In this document: positions 1-8,136 of the stretch, in pieces
Numbering within the stretch: position 1 is the stretch's first letter
How the letters are laid out: every line of letters starts with the position of its first letter
Assembly: GCA_934101495.1 (NCBI GenBank)
Contig: CAKORG010000002.1
Span: 510-64,509 of the forward strand
Direction of reading: 5' to 3'
From: an uncultured Bacilli bacterium
Lineage (GTDB): Bacteria; Bacillota_I; Bacilli_A; RF39; UBA660
DNA length: 64,000 nucleotides
Translations under genes and position numbers: made by a program
Notes under the pieces: model-generated
The model's input: the letters and a program-made list of their open reading frames with translations, nothing else
Database searches by the model: none
What the model was told of the DNA's origin: nothing

Positions 1-96
1 ATGAAAATTGAACAAATTTGTGTTTGTTCTTTTTTTTCGACAAATTTTACACTTTCTTTGTGTTATGATAACAAATTAATGAAGGAGGTGCTCATT

Positions 97-519
97 TTGT
101 TTAAAATTGATAAGGAAGTTCTTATGATTGATTATGATGGGCTTAATACAAATGTTACAACTACTTATGGGGATGTAGTTTTTAGGGGAAATAATATTAA
201 AAATATTTTAATTGAGAGCTGCATTAGTTTTGGAAGTAGTTTAAATGGCAGAATAAAGGGAAGTAAATGGGCTTTAAAAAGTAAATATAAGCTGCCAATT
301 GTAGTTAGTGAGAAAGAAAAATTAGTGTTTTTCCCTGTTAAAGAGATGGGAAGAGAAATATGGGTTAATTTTGATATGATAAAAGAAGTAAAAAAGAATA
401 AAAATGTGGTAAAAGTAGAGTTTAAAAATGGTTTAAAAGTGGATATAAATGTAAGTTATACAATTTTTAATAACCAAGTTTTGAAAGCTAGTAGATTGTG
501 GATAATTTTTTTAACATAA
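97..519 (+). CDS. comK: ComK-family (competence transcription factor-like) protein
   Basis: Frame +1 ORF. AGGAGG at 83-88 is followed by TTG at 97, so the ATG at 1 is probably upstream read-through. ComK-like core: SCISFGSSLNGRIKGSKWALKSKYKLPIVV...LVFFPVKEMGREIWVNFDMI (compare ComK SC..GSS..GR / K.PI / FFPT...W). Start uncertain (79, 97 or 124). Confidence 0.55.
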   Translation: MFKIDKEVLMIDYDGLNTNVTTTYGDVVFRGNNIKNILIESCISFGSSLNGRIKGSKWALKSKYKLPIVVSEKEKLVFFPVKEMGREIWVNFDMIKEVKKNKNVVKVEFKNGLKVDINVSYTIFNNQVLKASRLWIIFLT

Positions 520-543
520 ATGTGAAAAAAAAGTAACTTTTTC

Positions 544-572
544 TTTAAAATGGGGCTAGATTGTGATATAAT
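544..572 (+). promoter_or_regulatory. candidate sigma-A promoter upstream of recF (extended -10)
   Basis: TGATATAAT (TGnTATAAT) at 564-572, with a weak -35 TTTAAA at 544-549 and a 17-nt spacer. Confidence 0.35.
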
Positions 573-640
573 TAGTATGTGTATAGGTATACCAAAATAG
601 CTTTAATTTTTAATATAGGGCTACTTAAGGGGGTAAATTA

Positions 641-1729
641 ATGAAAATCGATAGTTTAAGTTTGATGAACTTTAGAAATTATGAAACATTAAATATCTCT
701 TTTGGAAACCTTAATATTATATATGGGTTAAATGGCAGTGGAAAAACTAACATTGTGGAAGCTATATATATGCTAGCACTAACTAAATCATTTAGAATAA
801 ATAATGATAAGATTATGATTAAGAAAGGAAAAATAAAGGCTAAAATTAAGGGAAATGTTTTAAAAAAAAATGATGAAAATGAATTTGGTGTAGAAATAAG
901 TAATGATGGAAAAATTGTTGCCATTAATGGAGAAAAGCAAGATAAAGTAAGTGATTATGTATCTAGAATTAATGTTATTTTGTTTAATCCAAGTGATACA
1001 AGATTAATAGATGATGCACCAAGTGAAAGAAGAAAAATGCTTAATATTGAAATAAGTCAGATTTATAAGGAATATTTATTGGTTCTAACAAATTATCAAC
1101 GTATTTTAAAACAGAGAAACTTTTATATTAGGGGAATGTATATTAATGGAAGTTATACTAGTGAATATTTAGATATTTTAACTAAAAAGCTGGTTGAATA
1201 TGGGAAAGTTATTTGTAAATATAGACAAGATTTTATAGATAATATAAATAAATATATTAAAAGCAATTATGAGAAAATATTTGGTAGTGGAACTTTAAAA
1301 ATAAGATATGTTTCAACATTTAAAAATAAAAGTGAAGATGATTTAATTAAGAGATTTAAAGATAATTATCAAAAAGAACTTAGTGTAGGTAAGACTTTAG
1401 AAGGAATTCATCATGATGATATTATGTTTATTCTTGATAACAATAATTTGAAAGAATGGGGAAGTGAAGGCCAAAGAAAGAATGCTATTATTTCCTTTAA
1501 ACTTGCAGAAATTAATGTTATTAATGAGATAAAAGGTTATTATCCAATACTTATTTTAGATGATTTGTTTAGTGAACTTGATAAAGAAAAGATTACTAAT
1601 TTACTGGGTATGCTTGATAGGAATGTTCAGACGTTTATAACGACGACGGATTTAAAGAATATTAGTAAAAAAGTAATTAAAGATGCAAAAAAAATTAAAG
1701 TTTGTGATGGTGCAATTGAGGAGGAGTAA
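641..1729 (+). CDS. recF: DNA replication and repair protein RecF
   Basis: N-terminus L.L.NFRNY and Walker A GLNGSGKTN. C-terminal LILDDLFSELD. Conserved position before gyrB. RBS AAGGGGG. Confidence 0.95.
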   Translation: MKIDSLSLMNFRNYETLNISFGNLNIIYGLNGSGKTNIVEAIYMLALTKSFRINNDKIMIKKGKIKAKIKGNVLKKNDENEFGVEISNDGKIVAINGEKQDKVSDYVSRINVILFNPSDTRLIDDAPSERRKMLNIEISQIYKEYLLVLTNYQRILKQRNFYIRGMYINGSYTSEYLDILTKKLVEYGKVICKYRQDFIDNINKYIKSNYEKIFGSGTLKIRYVSTFKNKSEDDLIKRFKDNYQKELSVGKTLEGIHHDDIMFILDNNNLKEWGSEGQRKNAIISFKLAEINVINEIKGYYPILILDDLFSELDKEKITNLLGMLDRNVQTFITTTDLKNISKKVIKDAKKIKVCDGAIEEE

Positions 1730-1732
1730 AAA

Positions 1733-3655
1733 ATGAAAGAAACACATTATACTGATAATGATATACAGGTTTTGGAAGGGCTTGAAGCTGTTCGTAAAAG
1801 ACCTGGGATGTATATAGGTTCAACAGGAGAAAGAGGGCTTCATCATTTAGTTTGGGAAATTGTAGATAATGCAGTTGATGAAGCTTTAGCTGGGTTTTGT
1901 GATGATATTGAGGTTATGATAGATAAAGGTGATATCATTGAGGTTAGAGACGATGGTAGAGGTATGCCAACTGGTATAAATGCTAAGACAGGTTTATCAA
2001 CAGTTGAGACAATATTTACTGTACTGCATGCTGGTGGTAAATTTGGCGGTGAAGGTTATAAGGTTTCTGGAGGTCTTCATGGTGTTGGTGCTAGTGTTGT
2101 TAATGCTTTATCAAAATGGTTAGAAGTTAAAGTTTATCGTGATGGAAATGTATACTATCAAAGATTTGAAAATGGTGGAAAACCTGTTGAAGATTTAAAA
2201 ATAATTGATAGTTGTGATGCAGAGAGGACTGGAACTACAGTTAGATTTAAACCTGATGAAGAAATATTTACGGAAACAACTGTATATAACTATGATACTT
2301 TATATAAAAGATTACAAGAAATTGCATTTTTAAATAAAGGACTTAGAATTAATCTATATGATTTAAGAGAAACTGTAGAAAAACATGATACTTTCCTTTA
2401 TAATGGAGGAATTATTGAATATGTTGCAATGCTTAATAAGAGTAAGACACCAATTCATGATGACATTATATACATGGATGGTTCTGAAAATGGGATTGAA
2501 CTTGAAGTAGCTTGTCAATATAATGAAACTTATTCACCAAGTATTTATTCATTTACAAATAATATTAATACTTATGAAGGTGGTACTCATGAAGATGGAG
2601 TTAAAGCTGCCCTAACTAAAGTTATTAACAATTATGCTAAGAATGCTAAGATTTTAAAGGAAAATGATGCTGCTTTAATTGGGGAAGATTGCCGTGAAGG
2701 TTTAACAATGATTATTAGTTGTAAACATCCTGATCCTCAATTTGAAGGACAAACTAAGACTAAACTTGGTAATACTGAAGTAAGAAAAATAGCAAGTGAT
2801 GTATTTTCTCAAGGTTTTGAAAGATTTTTAATGGAAAATCCTAATGAAGCTAGAATAATTGTTGAAAAATGTATTAGTGCTTCACGTGGAAGAATTGCGG
2901 CAAAGAAAGCAAGAGAAGCCACAAGAAGAAAAAGTGACTTAGATATAGTTAATTTTGGTGGAAAACTTGTTGATTGTAAAGAAAAAGACCCAAGTGTTTG
3001 TGAAATATTCCTAGTCGAAGGGGACAGTGCCGGTGGTTCTGCGATTAAGGGAAGAAATAGTATGACTCAAGCTATACTTCCACTTAAAGGTAAAGTTTTA
3101 AATGTTGAAAAAGCAAGACTTGATAGAGCTTTAAGTAATGATGAAATTAAAACAATTATTACGGCTTTTGGTACTGGTATTGGACAAGAATTTGATTTAA
3201 GTAAAATGAGATATCATAAAGTTATTATCATGAGTGATGCCGATGTCGATGGTTCTCACATTAGAGTACTTCTTTTAACATTATTTTATCGTTTCTTTAA
3301 ACCAATTGTGGAAGCTGGTTATGTTTATGCTGCTCAACCACCATTATATTGTATTAAACATGGACAAACTATTAAATATGTTTTAAATGATGATGAAAGA
3401 GATGAATATATTAAAGGCTTAAATGAAAAAAATATTAGATATGATATAGCAAGAATGAAAGGTTTAGGGGAAATGGATGCTGAAGAATTAAATGAAACAA
3501 CTATGGATATTGATCATAGAATTCTTCGTAAAATAACTGTGGAAGATGCTATTAGTGCAGATGCTGCATTTAGTAAATTAATGGGTGAAGAAGTTGAACC
3601 TAGACGTAAGTTTATTGAAGAAAATGCAACTTATGCAAAGAATTTGGATTTTTAG
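1733..3655 (+). CDS. gyrB: DNA gyrase subunit B
   Basis: [50 protein letters not shown]. 640 aa. Confidence 0.98.
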   Translation: MKETHYTDNDIQVLEGLEAVRKRPGMYIGSTGERGLHHLVWEIVDNAVDEALAGFCDDIEVMIDKGDIIEVRDDGRGMPTGINAKTGLSTVETIFTVLHAGGKFGGEGYKVSGGLHGVGASVVNALSKWLEVKVYRDGNVYYQRFENGGKPVEDLKIIDSCDAERTGTTVRFKPDEEIFTETTVYNYDTLYKRLQEIAFLNKGLRINLYDLRETVEKHDTFLYNGGIIEYVAMLNKSKTPIHDDIIYMDGSENGIELEVACQYNETYSPSIYSFTNNINTYEGGTHEDGVKAALTKVINNYAKNAKILKENDAALIGEDCREGLTMIISCKHPDPQFEGQTKTKLGNTEVRKIASDVFSQGFERFLMENPNEARIIVEKCISASRGRIAAKKAREATRRKSDLDIVNFGGKLVDCKEKDPSVCEIFLVEGDSAGGSAIKGRNSMTQAILPLKGKVLNVEKARLDRALSNDEIKTIITAFGTGIGQEFDLSKMRYHKVIIMSDADVDGSHIRVLLLTLFYRFFKPIVEAGYVYAAQPPLYCIKHGQTIKYVLNDDERDEYIKGLNEKNIRYDIARMKGLGEMDAEELNETTMDIDHRILRKITVEDAISADAAFSKLMGEEVEPRRKFIEENATYAKNLDF

Positions 3656-3664
3656 GAGGTTAAT

Positions 3665-6178
3665 ATGGATCATAGTAGAGATAGATTACAAGAAAATAAT
3701 ATTGTAAGTGAAATTGAATCGTCTTTTATTGAATATTCAATGAGTGTTATTATTTCCAGAGCTTTGCCGGATTTAAGAGATGGTTTAAAGCCAGTTCATA
3801 GAAGAATTATCTATGACATGTTAGAAAATGGTTTGACACCAGATAAAAAACATCGTAAAAGTGCTACGATAGTTGGGGATGTTATGGGGAAATATCACCC
3901 ACATGGTGACTCATCAATATATGATGCTATGGTAAGAATGGCACAAGACTTTAATTATCGTTATTTACTTGTTGATGGACATGGTAACTTTGGTAATATT
4001 GAATATCCTAGAGCTGCTGCTTATCGTTATACTGAAAGTAAGCTTGCTAAGATTTCAATGGAACTTTTAAGAGATATCAACAAAAACACTGTTAATTTTG
4101 TACCAAATTATGATGATTCTACGGTAGAACCTGAAGTTTTACCTTCAAGATTTCCAAATATTTTAGTAAATGGAACAATGGGTATTGCTGTTGGTATGGC
4201 CACAAATATTCCACCACATAATTTAGGTGAAGTTGTTGATGGTTGTATTGCTTATATTGATAACCCTGATATTACTACGGAAGAGTTAATGCAACATATT
4301 AAAGGACCTGATTTTCCAACTGGTGGTATTATTTTAGGTAATTCTGGAATAAAGAAAGCTTATGAAACTGGTAGAGGTTCTATAACTATTAGGAGTAAAG
4401 CCACAATTGAAGAAAAAAATGGAAGACATTATATTGTTATTGAAGAAGTTCCTTATGGTGTTAATACATTAGATTTAAAACAAAAAGTAGCTGATTTAGT
4501 ACATAGCAAAGTACTTGAAGGTATTACTGATTATCATACTGATTTAAAAGATGGTATTAAAATAACTATAACACTTAAGAAAGATGCTAATCCTCAAGTA
4601 GTTTTAAATAATTTATATAAGCATACGGCTTTTCAAACAACTTTTGGTATTATTTTCTTGATGCTTGATAAAGGTGTACCTAGAACTTTAGGTTTAAAAG
4701 ATATAATTAGTAAATATGTAGATTATCAACAAGAAGTTATTATTAGAAGAACTCAATTTGAATTAGATAAAGCTGAAAAGAGAGTACATATCTTAGAAGG
4801 TTACCAAATTGTATTTGATAATATCGATGAGGTTATTAAAATTATTAAAGAGTCTAAGGCTGATGGTGAAGCAAAGCTTAAGTTAATGGAACGTTTTGGA
4901 TTAACTGAAGCTCAAACTGATAATATTCTAGAAATGAAATTACGTCGTTTAACGGGTCTAGAACGTGAAAAGATTGAAGAAGAACTAAATGCATTAAGAA
5001 TCGAAATAGAACGCTTACGTGGCATTTTAGCTGATAATAATAAGGTGTTAGGCATCATTAAAGATGAAATGACTGAAATTAAAAATAAATATGGTGACGA
5101 AAGACGTACTAAGATTGATATGACTGCGGTTGATTATATTGAAGATGAGTCATTAATTCCAGAAGAAAATATATTGGTAGTACTTACTAACAAAGGTTAT
5201 ATTAAGAGAACTACTGCTGATACATTTAAGTCACAAAATAGAGGTGGTGTTGGAATTAAGGGAATGTCTACGAATGATGAAGACTTTGTTGAACACATGA
5301 TTAACTTATCAACACATGATTATATCTTGTTCTTCACTGATAAAGGTAAGGTTTATAGACTTAAAGGTTATGAAATTCCTGAGTTTTCACGTCAATCTAA
5401 GGGTATTCCAATTGTTAACTTACTTCAAGTTGAAAAAGATGAAAGAGTAAATGCTGTTATTCAAATAAGTCGAAATGAGGATAGTAAATACTTGTTATTT
5501 GCAACCGAAGCTGGGGTAGTTAAGAAAACATTAATAAGTGAATTTGATAACATTAGAAATAGTGGTAAGATTTGTATTTCTTTAAGAGAAAATGATAAAC
5601 TTATTGGTGTTAAAAAGACAACAGGTAATGAATTGGTACTTCTTGGTAGTGATAGTGGTAGAATGGTTAAGTTTAATGAAGATGAAATTAGAGTTATGGG
5701 ACGTACTGCTTCCGGTGTTCGTGGTATTTCATTAGATGGAAGTAAGTGTATTTGTTCTGAAATTGTTAAAGAAGAAGATACTATACTTCTTGTAACTGAA
5801 AAGGGTTATGGAAAACAAACTAAGGTTAGCGAATACCGTCAAACTAGAAGAGGTTCTAAAGGTGTTAAAGCTATGAATATTACTGAAAAGAACGGTAATT
5901 TAGTAAGTGTTAAGATTGTTCATGAAGGTAAAGAACTCGTTATCATGACAAACTCTGGTATGACAATGAGAATGCCACTTGATCAAATATCTATTCTTGG
6001 TAGAGTTACGCAAGGTTTAAGACTTATTAATTTAAAAGATAATCAAAAGGTATCTACGATTAGTTTAGTAGATAAGACAGAGGAAGAAACTTCTGAAGAA
6101 AACACAGAACAATGTGAAAATGTTGCTCAAAATGAACCAAAAGTAACCGAAAATATTCAAAATACTGAGGCTGAATAA
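3665..6178 (+). CDS. gyrA: DNA gyrase subunit A
   Basis: [38 protein letters not shown], and the active-site AAYRYTE region. C-terminal beta-pinwheel repeats and an acidic tail. Confidence 0.98.
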   Translation: MDHSRDRLQENNIVSEIESSFIEYSMSVIISRALPDLRDGLKPVHRRIIYDMLENGLTPDKKHRKSATIVGDVMGKYHPHGDSSIYDAMVRMAQDFNYRYLLVDGHGNFGNIEYPRAAAYRYTESKLAKISMELLRDINKNTVNFVPNYDDSTVEPEVLPSRFPNILVNGTMGIAVGMATNIPPHNLGEVVDGCIAYIDNPDITTEELMQHIKGPDFPTGGIILGNSGIKKAYETGRGSITIRSKATIEEKNGRHYIVIEEVPYGVNTLDLKQKVADLVHSKVLEGITDYHTDLKDGIKITITLKKDANPQVVLNNLYKHTAFQTTFGIIFLMLDKGVPRTLGLKDIISKYVDYQQEVIIRRTQFELDKAEKRVHILEGYQIVFDNIDEVIKIIKESKADGEAKLKLMERFGLTEAQTDNILEMKLRRLTGLEREKIEEELNALRIEIERLRGILADNNKVLGIIKDEMTEIKNKYGDERRTKIDMTAVDYIEDESLIPEENILVVLTNKGYIKRTTADTFKSQNRGGVGIKGMSTNDEDFVEHMINLSTHDYILFFTDKGKVYRLKGYEIPEFSRQSKGIPIVNLLQVEKDERVNAVIQISRNEDSKYLLFATEAGVVKKTLISEFDNIRNSGKICISLRENDKLIGVKKTTGNELVLLGSDSGRMVKFNEDEIRVMGRTASGVRGISLDGSKCICSEIVKEEDTILLVTEKGYGKQTKVSEYRQTRRGSKGVKAMNITEKNGNLVSVKIVHEGKELVIMTNSGMTMRMPLDQISILGRVTQGLRLINLKDNQKVSTISLVDKTEEETSEENTEQCENVAQNEPKVTENIQNTEAE

Positions 6179-6360
6179 GCCTTTTTATTTTGAATTATTG
6201 CGTATATACAATGTATAATTCAATAATTTTTATAATAAAAATCCATTATTTTGGCTGAAATATGCCAAATATTTTTTATCTTTATTATCTAATGTATGAG
6301 TTATCAACATAATTTTTGATTTGAATAAAACCGGTTATTTAATTTTTTATTTCATATTTA

Positions 6361-6376
6361 TGTTTCACGTGAAACA
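6361..6376. promoter_or_regulatory. parS: parS site 1 (perfect TGTTTCACGTGAAACA)
   Basis: Exact match to the universal parS palindrome, flanked by A/T to give the 18-bp palindrome ATGTTTCACGTGAAACAT. Confidence 0.9.
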
Positions 6377-6491
6377 TTTATTTAACATTGTTTAATTATC
6401 CTATTGTTTATTTTTTCACTTAATTATTTTAATTTACTTTTAAATTATATTATATCATTTTATGAAGTTATTTATTTATAATATGTCTGAA

Positions 6492-6507
6492 TGTTTCACG
6501 TGAAACG
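6492..6507. promoter_or_regulatory. parS: parS site 2 (TGTTTCACGTGAAACG, 1 mismatch)
   Basis: 15/16 match to consensus; the last base is A>G. Confidence 0.8.
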
Positions 6508-6649
6508 TTTAGTTATAACATTTTAATATTTTAATAGTTTTGTTATATTTTTATAATAATTAATAATTTTTAATTAATATTATAATTATAATTACTATTA
6601 TTTTATTATTTTATTTATAACATTGTTATTATTTACTATGATATTTTAA

Positions 6650-6665
6650 TGTTTCACGTGAAACA
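6650..6665. promoter_or_regulatory. parS: parS site 3 (perfect)
   Basis: Exact TGTTTCACGTGAAACA, followed by TGTTGATAA at 6669-6677. Confidence 0.9.
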
Positions 6666-6741
6666 TCGTGTTGATAACATGTTAATTTTTACATTTTTAT
6701 ATAATAATTATTATTTATAATTATTTTTACGATTATATTTA

Positions 6742-6757
6742 TGTTTCACGTGGAACA
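6742..6757. promoter_or_regulatory. parS: parS site 4 (TGTTTCACGTGGAACA)
   Basis: 15/16 match. Its reverse complement is TGTTCCACGTGAAACA, which fits TGTTNCACGTGAAACA. Followed by TGTTGATAA at 6759-6767. Confidence 0.85.
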
Positions 6758-6826
6758 TTGTTGATAATCGGTTATTAATTATATAATAAGCTAATTATTA
6801 TAGTAAAATAATTCTATATTTCATGA

Positions 6827-6842
6827 TGTTTCACGTGAAACA
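6827..6842. promoter_or_regulatory. parS: parS site 5 (perfect)
   Basis: Exact TGTTTCACGTGAAACA. Confidence 0.9.
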
Positions 6843-6928
6843 TCTGTTAGTAACTTGTTTGTATTCTATAATTGGTTTTATCTTGATAAAACTTTTATTT
6901 TTTATATCATTTGTAATAAACAATTTTA

Positions 6929-6944
6929 TGTTTCACGTGAAACA
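6929..6944. promoter_or_regulatory. parS: parS site 6 (perfect)
   Basis: Exact TGTTTCACGTGAAACA, followed by CGTTGATAA. Confidence 0.9.
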
Positions 6945-7033
6945 TTACGTTGATAATTAGTTACTAAGTACTTAATTAAGATTTACTTATGACATAATCA
7001 TCTTTTACAATTAATATATATAGCTAAAATATA

Positions 7034-7049
7034 TGTTTCACGTGGAACA
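7034..7049. promoter_or_regulatory. parS: parS site 7 (TGTTTCACGTGGAACA)
   Basis: 15/16 match, the same variant as site 4. Confidence 0.85.
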
Positions 7050-7103
7050 TATATTATTTTGTGTTGATAGTTCGATGATAATAAGGTTTATAATGTGTTT
7101 TAA

Positions 7104-7119
7104 TGTTTCACGTGAAACG
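7104..7119. promoter_or_regulatory. parS: parS site 8 (TGTTTCACGTGAAACG)
   Basis: 15/16 match, the same variant as site 2. Confidence 0.8.
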
Positions 7120-7254
7120 TTGTTAATTTACTAATAAATACCGCAATATTTTATTCGAATAAACGTATGTAACAACAAACAAATGTTTATTTAAAAACTT
7201 TTTTATTATATAACTATTATTTTGAAAGATTTTTATATATAATATAGCTTATAT

Positions 7255-7270
7255 TATTTCCCGGGAAATA
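7255..7270. promoter_or_regulatory. Noc-binding site (NBS) 1, perfect TATTTCCCGGGAAATA
   Basis: Exact 16-bp NBS palindrome (core ATTTCCCGGGAAAT). It lies inside the 32-bp repeat TTATTTCCCGGGAAATAATTGGTTAACATAAT at 7254-7285. Confidence 0.8.
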
Positions 7271-7411
7271 ATTGGTTAACATAATGTTATATTAAAAAGT
7301 ATAAAAAAATAAATTTTTAAAATGTCACGATGTAAGTAATTAACTAGGACTGATGAGAGTTATAAATTTAAAATTTTTATAAAAATAATAAAAGTTATGT
7401 CTTATCAAATT

Positions 7412-7427
7412 TATTTCCCGGGAAATA
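7412..7427. promoter_or_regulatory. Noc-binding site (NBS) 2, perfect TATTTCCCGGGAAATA
   Basis: Second exact copy, inside an identical 32-bp repeat at 7411-7442, 157 bp downstream of copy 1. Confidence 0.8.
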
Positions 7428-7550
7428 ATTGGTTAACATAATATTTAAAATAAGACAAAATTTTAATAAAGTTAGTATTTATCGAAGGATATTTTGTATT
7501 TTTAAATTAGTTTTCTTAGTTATTAACATTATTTTTGTGCTTGATTATAC

Positions 7551-7579
7551 TTGACTTATTGATTATAATTTGATACTAT
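7551..7579 (+). promoter_or_regulatory. sigma-A promoter for the SRP RNA
   Basis: -35 TTGACT at 7551-7556, 17-nt spacer, extended -10 TGaTACTAT at 7571-7579. Confidence 0.6.
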
Positions 7580-7583
7580 TTAG

Positions 7584-7667
7584 ACGTGCAACAAATATGC
7601 TGTAACCTGGTCAGAATTGGAAAATAGCAGCCACATCAGCCTATGTTTGTGTGCACATTTTTTTTGG
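7584..7667 (+). ncRNA. ffs: small (4.5S-type) signal recognition particle RNA
   Basis: CCUGGUCAGAAUUGGAAAAUAGCAGCCA matches SRP domain IV (GGUCAG..GGAA tetraloop..AGCAGCC). The 5' GUGCAACAAA pairs with the 3' UUUGUGUGCAC, and a U-run follows. In B. subtilis the scRNA gene also lies in the tadA/dnaX neighbourhood. Confidence 0.8.
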
Positions 7668-7675
7668 AGGAAAAC

Positions 7676-8104
7676 ATGGATATAGAAATATTTAATATTT
7701 TAATGGAAAATACTAATAAATCACTTGAAAATAACGACGTACCTGTTGGTGCAGTTATTGTTAAAGATGGACAAGTTCTTGCGTTTGGATACAATACGCG
7801 TGAAAAAGTTCAAAATGTTCTAGGACATGCTGAAATAAATGCTATATTGGAAGCTCAAAAAGTTTTAAAAAATTGGAATTTAAGTGGTTGTGATTTATAT
7901 GTTACATTAGTTCCTTGTTCCATGTGTTTAGAAATAATTAAACAAAGTAGAATAGATAATATTTATTATTTGCTTGATAAACCAACATTTAAAAGAGAAT
8001 TTTATAAAACAAAGTTACAAAAAATTAACGATACTAATTATGAAAATAAATATGCAGAAATATTAAGTAATTTTTTTAAAAAATTAAGAGAAAAAAATAA
8101 ATAA
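7676..8104 (+). CDS. tadA: tRNA-specific adenosine deaminase TadA
   Basis: HAEINAI...PCSMCLEIIKQSRI (CDA-fold zinc motifs). GGAGG at 7666-7670 precedes ATG 7676. The track start at 7643 would overlap the SRP RNA 3' stem. Confidence 0.9.
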   Translation: MDIEIFNILMENTNKSLENNDVPVGAVIVKDGQVLAFGYNTREKVQNVLGHAEINAILEAQKVLKNWNLSGCDLYVTLVPCSMCLEIIKQSRIDNIYYLLDKPTFKREFYKTKLQKINDTNYENKYAEILSNFFKKLREKNK

Positions 8105-8136
8105 CTGTGGTATAATTATTAGGTAAGGAGGTTTTC

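Larger units (their letters stand above)
6361..7119. repeat. parS: array of eight parS (ParB/Spo0J) centromere palindromes in non-coding DNA
   Basis: The 16-mer TGTTTCACGTGAAACA or a one-substitution variant starts at 6361, 6492, 6650, 6742, 6827, 6929, 7034 and 7104. Start-to-start spacing is 131, 158, 92, 85, 102, 105 and 70 bp. The ORF track shows no ORF between 6179 and 7642. Confidence 0.9.

Noticed and set aside
679-924. Antisense or alternative-frame ORFs in the track: 679-924, 8256-8492, 9210-9416, 9594-9803, 12627-12839, 17840-18073, 18133-18318, 19334-19792, 23167-23470, 23724-23966, 24038-24307, 29384-29701, 31023-31387, 31512-31715, 33964-34170, 38375-38575, 38932-39144, 39981-40333, 41185-41367, 44407-44643, 46907-47119, 47760-48186, 48267-48467, 50667-50864, 54691-54885, 55344-55595, 57820-58290 and 61864-62307.
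   Set aside because: All are embedded in or opposite well-supported genes, have low-complexity Ile/Leu/Phe/Ser-rich translations typical of shadow ORFs in AT-rich DNA, and lack an RBS.
6361-7119. Regularly recurring palindromic repeats with unique spacers might be a CRISPR array.
   Set aside because: The repeats are only 16-18 bp and are perfect palindromes identical to parS. The spacers are irregular (about 54-142 bp) and extremely AT-rich. No cas genes are nearby. The ParB-site interpretation is much stronger.
6179-7640. The region might be oriC itself (AT-rich, with DnaA-box-like TTATCAACA motifs).
   Set aside because: No exact TTATCCACA boxes are seen, and only three exact copies of the one-mismatch 9-mer are present. 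In Firmicutes oriC flanks dnaA, which must lie upstream of this window (before recF). I kept only the weaker DnaA-box-cluster hypothesis.
7643-7675. N-terminal extension of tadA as given in the ORF track (MFVCTFFLEEN...).
   Set aside because: The extension overlaps the SRP RNA 3' stem and U-run. A GGAGG RBS sits directly before the internal ATG at 7676.
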